From: Rhizomicrobium sp.
Lineage (GTDB): Bacteria; Pseudomonadota; Alphaproteobacteria; Micropepsales; Micropepsaceae
Assembly: GCA_036266955.1 (NCBI GenBank)
Contig: DATAWY010000026.1
Location: forward strand, 8,128-40,127
Length of the DNA: 32,000 bases
Direction of reading: 5' to 3'
Part shown: positions 25,401-32,000 of the stretch, piece after piece
Position numbering within the stretch: position 1 is the first letter of the stretch
Layout: each line of letters begins with the position of its first letter
Notes under the pieces: model-generated
The model's database searches: none
What the model was told of the DNA's origin: nothing
Seen by the model: the letters and a program-made list of their open reading frames with translations, nothing else
Translations under genes and position numbers: made by a program

Positions 25401-26201
25401 AACTTCTATACACAAAGGTTTCTATCTCCATCACCCGCCGCTCCCACAAATCGGGATGTCACGCCGATTTTTGTCGTGGGCATGCCGCGTGCGGGTTCTA
25501 CGCTCGTTGAACACATTCTCGGCAGTCACAGCCAGGTCGAGGCGACAAGCGAACTGCCGCTGATCGGTCAGATCGTGCGCGATATTGCGATCAGCCGCCG
25601 GTTGGTGATGGGAACTGCGTATCCGGAGCGTTTGTCGGACATGACACCCGATGAGCTGGCGGCGCTCGGAAATCTCTACATCGAACGCGCCCGCGACTTT
25701 CGGAAAACCGACTGGCCTTACTTCGTCGACAAGCGACCCTGGAACTGGATTGACGCAGGCCTGATCCATCTGATTCTGCCACATTCGAAGATCATCGACA
25801 TCCGCCGCGAACCGATGGCCGCGTGCTTTGCAAATTTCAAGCAGAAATTGCCGAAAGACGCCGAGTTTTCCAACGACCTTGCCGAACTTGGCCACTACTA
25901 TAATTTGTATGTTTCATTGATGGACCACTGGAAGGAGGTCATGCCGGGCCGTATTCATTTTGTGCAGTACGAACGCCTGGTCCAGAACACGGAAAACGAG
26001 ATCCGCCGCATGCTGGAATATTGCGGGCTGCCCTTCGAAGAGGGCTGCTTGCGCTTCTGGGAGTCGGATCGCGCGGTGACGACTCCGAGCGCCGAGCAAG
26101 TGCGGCGCCCGATCTATCTGGACGCGGTGGAGCAATGGCGCAATTTCGAACCCTGGCTTGGTCCGCTCAAAGCGGCACTATCCGAACCCGCCCGTGCGTA
26201 G
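22464..26201 (+). CDS. Tandem-fused double TPR-sulfotransferase protein (modules 2 and 3)
   Basis: This is a 1245-aa ORF. Residues 1-625 and 641-1245 are each collinear with the upstream 670-aa protein. Each half has its own PRAGSTLVE P-loop (PIFIVGMPRAGSTLVEQIL and PIFVVGMPRAGSTLVEHIL) and its own TPSAEQVRRPI motif. Confidence 0.85.
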   Translation: MTGVSELTHPSVPDSTTPLSASPILDYTRALNLAATEHYESAIKVLRDVTARAPGHGPAWQKLSELLYLAGKDEESSSANARAAGLTAEFDPLTDDRDSAKIEADEQVLREHLSALATAGEQQNKLRSHLREHPADAVALRALGRLERDRGHVPTARNLFERALELATYYVGAREDLVLVLRVLQDDAHALAETRLLIAQSPESVNYRALLAAGLFEVGDMEAAIPVLEQLIREDSSRVRIRGLYAQTLYYAGRRHDSARECRALLEMRPGMGAAYSRLAEMRDDFLGPADVTAMREHLREPGEDKPNSALIQFALGLVLEQTGDFSGSFAAYEAGTALAREIAADKSGPYDVATDVDKMRRRCAVFTRKTLSKCAVPQPAAAAITPIFIVGMPRAGSTLVEQILGSHSLVEATLELPVLNKIAGDLSRSRALVTPDAYPECMTSLSEERLAELGARFIRDAAAYRKTDRPYFVDKCPWNWFEAGLIRMILPQARIVDIRREPMAACFGMYKQNLADAGAFSNDFNDLATYYTEYVRTMDHYDTAMPGHIYCLSYERLVEDTENQIRRLLDYCGLPFEENCLRFWETQRPVSTPSAEQVRRPIFRDAVQQWRRFEPWLGPLKEALRKAETAAAAAPQPAGYDFALTFAAMSVCDPAMKKLRAVTRREPTHAGAWSKLAELLRLSGKDKAADDAAAAAARHAGEASNWQKTRDLRTAPQLEAAKEAFETELKGKERGKQMNWLRNHLAENPTDTAAIFLLSDLEFEDRDELTSLALLERALELAPAYHAARYQFARRLADGQFVRALEHTSFLVRRVPQNPIYRELHAEQLRQIGRFSEAIALTDELLREFPRHPRFRFRYGLLLRSLGRRDESARAFRACLQIAPAMGEAYAGLADLKDNLLTDDDVTAIRGHMADPSLPPHDRMNMYYALGSALERRGDFSASFKAYQAAARLFRGAFLGMGEAHNEEETVGRIRGLKNFYTQRFLSPSPAAPTNRDVTPIFVVGMPRAGSTLVEHILGSHSQVEATSELPLIGQIVRDIAISRRLVMGTAYPERLSDMTPDELAALGNLYIERARDFRKTDWPYFVDKRPWNWIDAGLIHLILPHSKIIDIRREPMAACFANFKQKLPKDAEFSNDLAELGHYYNLYVSLMDHWKEVMPGRIHFVQYERLVQNTENEIRRMLEYCGLPFEEGCLRFWESDRAVTTPSAEQVRRPIYLDAVEQWRNFEPWLGPLKAALSEPARA

Positions 26202-26321
26202 CACGCACCGGCGAATTGCCGCGCTCCCGCGCCCGACGCCTGGCTGTTCGCGGCGCCCACCGGGGAAGTCCCGAATGTCTGATGTAGGCCTCGCGTGCGG
26301 TCGTTTGCCTTCATCGCGCGA

Positions 26322-26349
26322 TTGACCCTTACCTTACATTTGCTATGAT
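26322..26349 (+). promoter_or_regulatory. Candidate sigma70-type promoter of the riboswitch-btuB transcript
   Basis: TTGACC (26322-26327), a 16-nt spacer, then TATGAT (26344-26349), immediately upstream of the riboswitch. Confidence 0.5.
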
Positions 26350-26350
26350 C

Positions 26351-26522
26351 GCGCAACGCGCAAGGTTCCCGAAAGGGATTGAAAAGGGAACGCGGTTGTG
26401 ATGCCGCGGCTGCCCCCGCAACTGTGACCGGCGAGCGACCATCGGATACGCCACTGGGGCTTCGGCCCTGGGAAGGTGGATGGAAGCGGAGACCCGGGAG
26501 CCAGGAGACCTGCCTCGCGCCG
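26351..26522 (+). promoter_or_regulatory. Cobalamin (B12) riboswitch
   Basis: Three conserved core blocks are present. They are AAAAGGGAACGCGGTTGTGATGCCGCGGCTGCCCCCGCAACTGTGACCGG, GCCACTGGGGCTTCGGCCCTGGGAAGG, and the B12 box GAGCCAGGAGACCTGCC (26498-26514). The element sits in the 5' leader of a TonB-dependent receptor gene. Confidence 0.9.
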
Positions 26523-26680
26523 TCGTCCTGTTTCCGGCCGGGGTGTGCCGGGGGCTGCGGGGGAAACCGTCGCGACGACAAGGTTGGAGTCGTCGTCGCG
26601 GGGTCCGGTATGAAAGTTTCTCGTTCTCATCGCCGTGCGCTTCCGCATGCCGGCTTCTGGATTCGAACCAGGAGATCACC

Positions 26681-28564
26681 ATGCGTCGCTTACTCATTGC
26701 TTCCATCAGCCTGATCGCTGTTGCGGCGACGGCCGGCGCGTCCGCGGCCCAGACCGGGCAAACGCCCGAAACGGTGGTCGTCACGGCCACGCGTGTCCCG
26801 ACGCCCCGGGCGGAGGTTGCGAGCAGCATCACCGTCATCACCGCCAAGGAGATTGCGGCCAGACAGCAGCAGTCCCTGCCCGACGTGCTTGCCGACGCGC
26901 CGGGCCTGAACGTCGTGCAGTCGGGCGGGCCCGGCGGCGAGACCTCGGTGTTCATGCGCGGCACTGATTCCAATCACGTCAAGGTGCTGGTCGACGGCAT
27001 CGACATGAGCGATCCGAGCAGCCCCACGGGCACCTATGATTTCGGCCAGTTCCTCACCCAGGATATAGCGCGGATCGAGATCCTGCGCGGGCCGCAGAGC
27101 GGGCTTTACGGCTCCGACGCCATCGGCGGCGTGATCAACATCATCACCAAAAGCGGGTCGGGTCCGGCGCAGTTCACCGGCGACATCGAGGGCGGCTCGT
27201 TTGATACGTTCAACCAGGCAGGCACGGCGAGCGGCTCGGAGGGTCCGTTCCATTATGCGGGGACCATTGAACATTTCTGGTCGGGCGCTACGCCTGTCAC
27301 TCCGCTCGATCTGCTGGCGCCGGGCGAAAGACGGATCGACGATACCTACGACAACGTCACCGCATCGACCAAGCTCGGCTATGACGTGACCAACGATTTC
27401 GATCTGGGCTTCGTGGGGCGCTACACGAATTCGCAGCTCGACTCCACGGGCGAGAATTATTTCACCGACTATCCCGACGCGACGCAAAGCCAGAGCGAGA
27501 CGCTGCAATATTATACGCGCGGCACCGCGCATCTTGTCCTGGCGGGCGGCTTCTTCGAGCAGACTCTGGGGCTCGCCTATGGCAGCATCGAATCCACGGA
27601 GCCAACTCCCGACAATCCCACCGCCTATTATTTCGGCGACCGCGTGAAGCTCGACTGGCAGGGCGATCTCAGGTTCTCGGATGATGAAATTCTCGTGCTG
27701 GGCGCCGAGCACGAACATGACGGCATCACCCAGCCGGTTTCGGCGGGAATCGACATCGATTCCGGCTACGCCGAGCTGCAATCGACTCTGGCCGAAAACC
27801 TTTTCAGCACCGAGGCGGTGCGTTTCGACGACAATGCGCAGTTCGGCGGCGAGGCGACTTGGCGCATCGCACCCGCTTATCTCGTCGCGGCGACGGGAAC
27901 GAAGATCGAGGCAAGTGTCGGCACCGGATTCAAGGCGCCGACGCTCAGCGAGATGTTCGAGAATTACCCCGCCTATGATTTCTACGGCAATCCCGGCCTC
28001 CGGCCGGAATCGAGCCTCGGTTATGACATGGGCTTCGAGCAACCGCTGTTCGAAGATGCGGTGCGGTTCGGCGGCACCTATTACCGCAACGACATCAAAA
28101 ATCTCATCAACGACAACGCGACCTATACGAGCTATGCCAATGTCGGCAAGGCGGAAACCGATGGCGTCGAGGCGTTCGCCGAATGGCAGGTCTTGCCGAC
28201 GCTGAACCTGCGGGCGGACTACACCTTTACGGAAGCCAACGACGAAATCCTGCACCAGGAACTGCTGCGCCGGCCCAAACACAAGGGCACGCTGAATGCG
28301 CAATGGCAGGCGACGGACCGGCTGTCCCTCGATGCCGATCTCCTCGCGGTCAGCTCCTGGATCGACGGCAACCGCGCCTTCACCATCCCGCGCCTCATCG
28401 CCCCCGGCTATACGACGGCCGACATCGCGGCGAGCTACGCGATCAACGACACCTTCACGCTCTACGGCCGGATCACCAATCTGTTCGACGCGAACTACCA
28501 GGACCCCGTCGGCTTCCTCCGCCCGGGCCGTGGTTTTTTTGCGGGCATCAAGGCCAGGACGTGA
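26681..28564 (+). CDS. btuB: TonB-dependent receptor, BtuB-like (vitamin B12/corrinoid transporter)
   Basis: GGAGA lies 5 nt upstream of the ATG at 26681. The signal peptide is MRRLLIASISLIAVAATAGASAAQ and the TonB box is ETVVVTATR. The plug region has IEILRGPQSGLYGSDAIGGVINIITK. Barrel motifs run to the C-terminus. The B12 riboswitch upstream supports the btuB call. Confidence 0.9.
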   Translation: MRRLLIASISLIAVAATAGASAAQTGQTPETVVVTATRVPTPRAEVASSITVITAKEIAARQQQSLPDVLADAPGLNVVQSGGPGGETSVFMRGTDSNHVKVLVDGIDMSDPSSPTGTYDFGQFLTQDIARIEILRGPQSGLYGSDAIGGVINIITKSGSGPAQFTGDIEGGSFDTFNQAGTASGSEGPFHYAGTIEHFWSGATPVTPLDLLAPGERRIDDTYDNVTASTKLGYDVTNDFDLGFVGRYTNSQLDSTGENYFTDYPDATQSQSETLQYYTRGTAHLVLAGGFFEQTLGLAYGSIESTEPTPDNPTAYYFGDRVKLDWQGDLRFSDDEILVLGAEHEHDGITQPVSAGIDIDSGYAELQSTLAENLFSTEAVRFDDNAQFGGEATWRIAPAYLVAATGTKIEASVGTGFKAPTLSEMFENYPAYDFYGNPGLRPESSLGYDMGFEQPLFEDAVRFGGTYYRNDIKNLINDNATYTSYANVGKAETDGVEAFAEWQVLPTLNLRADYTFTEANDEILHQELLRRPKHKGTLNAQWQATDRLSLDADLLAVSSWIDGNRAFTIPRLIAPGYTTADIAASYAINDTFTLYGRITNLFDANYQDPVGFLRPGRGFFAGIKART

Positions 28565-28610
28565 TCTCGCGCGGGCGGCCCGGGGGCATCTGCACATTCC
28601 TTCAGATATT

Positions 28611-28650
28611 CTCCCTCGCCCCGCGAGGCAGGGAAGAGGGAGTTTTTTCT
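28611..28650 (+). terminator. Probable rho-independent terminator after btuB
   Basis: CTCCCTCGCCCCGCGAGGCAGGGAAGAGGGAG is an imperfect GC-rich hairpin (outer CTCCCTC/GAGGGAG) followed by TTTTTTCTT. Confidence 0.65.
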
Positions 28651-28840
28651 TACAATTTCCCTTCTCGGAAATTTGCCGAAGCAGGAATTTCCGCAGCGGA
28701 TTGGAAACTGGCACTCATCCGCGCGAACAAGCATTTCCGCGGCTGCGCACCTCGGGTTCCCTTTTCAAGGCAAGATATTGTAATATACCATTTCGGTGTA
28801 TTTGTCAACCGATTTAGAAGACGCCGAAGTGCCGCCCGAG

Positions 28841-29344
28841 TCAGAGCGAGTGGAAGGGGGAGAACGTGGGGGAAAACGGATGGTAACGTCCGCGGAAGAA
28901 AACCAGCGGTGAACCGATGTATCGGAATCCGAACTCGACCACCCGACCGACCAGCACGGCATGATCGCCGCCATCGTACACGGCGTGCCGCCGGCAGTCG
29001 AAAACCGCAAGCGCATCCGCCAGAGCCGGCGCCCCGGATCCGGTGGCGACGAGCGGAATGCCGTCGAGGCGGTGTTCCCCGGGTTTGGCCAGTCGCGACG
29101 ACACCGCTTCGTGGGTCGCGTCGAGCACGCTGATGGTAAAGGCCTCCGCGTTAACGAATGTCTCGAAGCGCCGCGACCGGCGATGGAGGCAGTAGAGGAT
29201 CAAAGGGGGATCGAGCGAAACGGAGGCAAAGGAATTGACCGTAATGCCCATGGTGTCCGACTGGGCACGGCGCGCGGTGACCAGGGTCACGCCCGTGGGA
29301 AAACAACCCAGCGCATTGCGGAACGCGCGCGTGTCGAAGGCCAT
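28841..29344 (-). CDS. Flavin reductase (NAD(P)H-dependent, Flavin_Reduct/HpaC-like family)
   Basis: FRNALGCFPTGVTLVTA....GITVNSFASVSLDPPLILYCL......F........FTISVL......S..LA matches the flavin reductase domain pattern. Confidence 0.85.
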   Translation of the reverse strand: MAFDTRAFRNALGCFPTGVTLVTARRAQSDTMGITVNSFASVSLDPPLILYCLHRRSRRFETFVNAEAFTISVLDATHEAVSSRLAKPGEHRLDGIPLVATGSGAPALADALAVFDCRRHAVYDGGDHAVLVGRVVEFGFRYIGSPLVFFRGRYHPFSPTFSPFHSL

Positions 29345-29663
29345 GGATTTTTGCCTGCGCTTCGGGAATTACGCGAATAGCACGAAAGACCGGTGCTTGC
29401 GACGCCCGCCGCCGCGCTCCTTTGAGAGATGATGCCATCGCGCGGGCTCCAGCCGCGACAGTCTGGCGCTCCGGCCGAACCTACCCGCGCTGGGACCCTG
29501 ACGTCCTCCCGCATCGCGACCAGGAACACAATCCGAAGGTTGTCTGCACCGGCAATCTGTGCAATTCTATTGCGACTGGAGCTTGTGCAGGGTGTTGAAT
29601 GGTAATGCTGGTTGCATCAAAAGAGTTTTCCGACAGCAGACATCTTCTTCAGGGCACGGGGCG

Positions 29664-31229
29664 ATGAGTGCAATGCCCGGAAGCGGGGCCGCCAACTCCG
29701 TAGCGGACCATCACATCCGGAAGATCGTCATCGTCGGGGGCGGGACGTCGGGCTGGATGGCGGCCGCGGCACTTCGCACCAAAACCCGGCGCGAACTCTG
29801 CGAAATCGTTCTCGTCGAATCGGATGAAATCGGCACTGTGGGCGTCGGCGAGGCGACCATCCCGACGATCAAGGAATTCAATCGCAGTCTCTCGATCGAT
29901 GAGAACGATTTCGTTCGCAACACGCAGGGAACGTTCAAGCTCGGGATAGAGAACGTCGATTGGGGGCGCCTGGGCCATGTGTACTTCAACCCGCTCGGGG
30001 AACTCGGCTTCAGTGCGGCAGCAAGCGGCGGGGGCCTCAACGAACTTCCGCCCCTGTTCCAGTATCTGCTGAAGCTCGTCGTTACCGGCCGCACCCCGGA
30101 TCTGGCGGAATATTCCCTCTGCAGTGCAGCGGCGCGAAGCAACCGCTTCGACCGCCCGAGCAGCAAGGAACTGGTGTATTCCTACGCGTTCCACCTCGAT
30201 GCATCCCTTTATGCGAAGTACCTGCGCGCCCATGCGGAAAAGCGCGGCGTGGAACGGGTGGAAGGCAAGGTTGCCGACGTTCGACTGAACGGAGAAAGCG
30301 GGTTCATCGAAGCTGTCGTCCTGGAATCGGGACAGCGCATCGGGGGCGACCTCTTCATCGATTGCTCGGGGTTCCGTGGGCTGCTGATCGGTCAGGCCCT
30401 GAAAGTCCCCTATGAAGACTGGTCGCACTGGCTGCCTTGCGACCGGGCGCTGGCGGTGCCGTGCGAAAGCAAGACCCCGCCCGTGCCTTACACGCGCTCG
30501 ACCGCACGCGAGGCGGGGTGGCAATGGCGCATTCCGCTCCAGCACCGGATCGGAAACGGCTATGTGTTCTCGAGCAAATTCATCAGCGCCGACAAGGCCG
30601 CCGAAACGCTGCTTGCCAATCTCGACGGGCCGCTTCTCGACGAGCCGCGTCTGCTGAAATTCACGACCGGTCGCCGCAAGCAGGCGTGGGTAAAGAACTG
30701 CGTGGCGATCGGACTTTCTTCGGGTTTCGTAGAGCCACTTGAGTCGACGAGCATTCATCTGATCCAGACGTCGATCACGAACCTGGTCAAGATGTTCCCC
30801 GACAGGGATTTGGGCCGCCTCGTTCAGGAAGAATACAATCACCGATTCACCACCGGCTTCGACTGGCTTCGCGATTTCATCATCCTGCGCTACCACGCGA
30901 CGGAACGCGAAGATTCGGAGCTCTGGCGGTATTGCAAGCACATGTCCGTGCCGGACACTCTTGCTTACAAGATCGAGATGTTCCGGAAGCATGGCCACGT
31001 CTTCATCAACCCGGGTGAAGGATTCGGGGCGCGGCCATGGATGAATGCGATGTACAACCAGGGCATCCGGCCGGAACGCTATCCTTCGATCATCGACGGT
31101 GTCGAAGACCTCGCGATACGCGCGGAACTGGCGAAGGTGCGATCCGGTATCAAACAGGCGGTCGAGCAGATGTCGCGCCATGACGATTACATCGCCATGA
31201 ATTGCGCCGCGACCCCGCCCGCCGCGTAG
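29664..31229 (+). CDS. Flavin-dependent halogenase (tryptophan-halogenase family)
   Basis: It has IVIVGGGTSGWMAAAAL (GxGxxG), GVGEATIPTI, QGTFKLGIENVDW (Lys at the position of the catalytic Lys of PrnA/RebH), WQWRIPLQHRIGNGYVF (WxWxIP) and GLSSGFVEPLESTSI. The start is chosen at the ATG at 29664; the ORF track begins at a GTG at 29559. Confidence 0.88.
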   Translation: MSAMPGSGAANSVADHHIRKIVIVGGGTSGWMAAAALRTKTRRELCEIVLVESDEIGTVGVGEATIPTIKEFNRSLSIDENDFVRNTQGTFKLGIENVDWGRLGHVYFNPLGELGFSAAASGGGLNELPPLFQYLLKLVVTGRTPDLAEYSLCSAAARSNRFDRPSSKELVYSYAFHLDASLYAKYLRAHAEKRGVERVEGKVADVRLNGESGFIEAVVLESGQRIGGDLFIDCSGFRGLLIGQALKVPYEDWSHWLPCDRALAVPCESKTPPVPYTRSTAREAGWQWRIPLQHRIGNGYVFSSKFISADKAAETLLANLDGPLLDEPRLLKFTTGRRKQAWVKNCVAIGLSSGFVEPLESTSIHLIQTSITNLVKMFPDRDLGRLVQEEYNHRFTTGFDWLRDFIILRYHATEREDSELWRYCKHMSVPDTLAYKIEMFRKHGHVFINPGEGFGARPWMNAMYNQGIRPERYPSIIDGVEDLAIRAELAKVRSGIKQAVEQMSRHDDYIAMNCAATPPAA

Positions 31230-31316
31230 GGCGGACCGCGACCTGCTTTTGCGGAGGATTCGCGCGGACCGGCGCGGTCCGTTCCACGGAGTCGGAAGCG
31301 CGTGATTGCGTTCAAG

Positions 31317-32000
31317 ATGGAAGAAATCTGGACAGCGGCCGCCTCATCGAACGGAAAAGGCGCGGCACGATTTGAACGCCCGGAGACGGCTTACCTTACG
31401 CTTGCCGAGACGCAGGCTTTGCTCGGAACCCCAGCCGCAGCTGAAATGCGCGCGCGCGAAGTTCTGAAGACCCATTCGGCGGATCCGGTGGCCCGGTTTT
31501 TGCTCGGCGCTGCGCGGGCGAGGCAGGGCCAAGACGAGGAAGCGAGGGCGATCCTCGATCCGCTCGTGCAGTCTCAGCCGCAGATGGGGCCGGCCTGGCG
31601 CGAACTCGGCTTCGTGCTTGAAAAGCTCGGTGCACGTGACCAAACGGCGGCTGCGCTCATGAAAGCCCTCGATTTCAACTACATGGACGAAAGCGTTCTC
31701 TTCGCGCTGGGCGATCTCGTGCCGTGGGGAGACGCGTCCGACTTCGCCGCGCCACGATTTCGTCGTGCGACCGCACTTTTCGCGCAACGCAAATTCGGCG
31801 CGGCGCTCGCCGGCTTCGGCGAACTTCTCAGGGCAAAGCCCGAGTTTGCCTTGGTGCGGGCGTTGAAAGCCATCGCGCTCGCGGGAGAAGGGCAAACCGA
31901 CGCCGCGATCGCCGAGTTCGGAACATTCATCGAAGAATGCGACTGGCCGGGCCTCTGGCTCGAATACGCGCGAGCGCTGAGATCGAAGCGCGATCCAAGA
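31317..32000 (+). CDS. TPR-repeat protein (partial, continues beyond the window); related to the N-terminal halves of the TPR-sulfotransferases
   Basis: Not in the ORF track because the frame stays open to the edge. My translation reads MEEIWTAAASSNGKGAARFERPETAYLTLAETQALLGTPAAAEMRAREVLKTHSADPVARFLLGAARARQGQDEEARAILDPLVQSQPQMGPAWRELGFVLEKLGARDQTAAALMKALD... The segment GPAWRELGFVLEKLG parallels GPAWQKLSELLYLAG, GAWSKLAELLRLSG and GPALRKLAQLLHLAG in the upstream genes. Confidence 0.7.
   Translation, partial: MEEIWTAAASSNGKGAARFERPETAYLTLAETQALLGTPAAAEMRAREVLKTHSADPVARFLLGAARARQGQDEEARAILDPLVQSQPQMGPAWRELGFVLEKLGARDQTAAALMKALDFNYMDESVLFALGDLVPWGDASDFAAPRFRRATALFAQRKFGAALAGFGELLRAKPEFALVRALKAIALAGEGQTDAAIAEFGTFIEECDWPGLWLEYARALRSKRDPR

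Noticed and set aside
26610-26714. Small upstream ORF (MKVSRSHRRALPHAGFW...) in the riboswitch expression platform, overlapping the btuB start
   Set aside because: It has no convincing ribosome-binding site and a basic, low-complexity product. It is more likely a by-product of the structured leader.
28547-28564. The BtuB-like receptor ends in ...GIKART and lacks the usual C-terminal aromatic residue of TonB-dependent receptors
   Set aside because: This could hint at a 3' frameshift or truncation, but the barrel motifs run up to the stop and a terminator follows directly. I cannot judge without an alignment, so it is noted only.
28709-28725. TGGCAC motif suggestive of a sigma54 -24 element
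   Set aside because: The expected -12 TTGC(A/T) element is absent at the correct spacing (the sequence there is CGCG), and no gene lies downstream in that orientation.

Overview
High-GC chromosomal window, probably alphaproteobacterial or Rhizobiales-like (inferred from gene content only). It is gene-dense and has six parts. (1) 1-3345, minus strand: a KamA-type radical-SAM aminomutase followed by two Ddl-like ATP-grasp ligases. A 220-bp nested palindromic repeat element fills the kamA/ATP-grasp gap. (2) 3601-8564: an envelope glycosylation cluster with two ArnT/GT39-like membrane glycosyltransferases, read divergently from a GT2 polyprenyl-phosphate glycosyltransferase, a LAB_N-domain protein and a small membrane protein. 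(3) tRNA-Ser(GGA) at 8641-8730, followed by a ~7.1-kb AT-richer integrated element (8720-15870). The element is bounded by a 16-bp direct repeat of the tRNA 3' end. It carries an XRE regulator, two secreted unknowns, DUF5681, DUF3987, Prim-Pol, AlpA and a P4-type integrase. Both the integrase and the DUF3987 gene are frameshifted. (4) sodB, then two translationally coupled LSMT-like SET-domain paralogues. (5) A divergent block: a secreted POTRA-like protein, a secreted Tyr/Thr-rich protein, and three tandem TPR-sulfotransferase modules, two of them fused into one 1245-aa ORF. (6) A cobalamin riboswitch with a BtuB-like TonB-dependent receptor, a flavin reductase divergent from a flavin-dependent (tryptophan-type) halogenase, and a further TPR protein running off the window. 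The best candidates for something undescribed are the SET-pair / secreted-protein / TPR-sulfotransferase / halogenase neighbourhood (16.7-32 kb) and the kamA + 2x ATP-grasp cassette with its structured intergenic element. All functional calls rest on motif recognition by eye; no database search was run.
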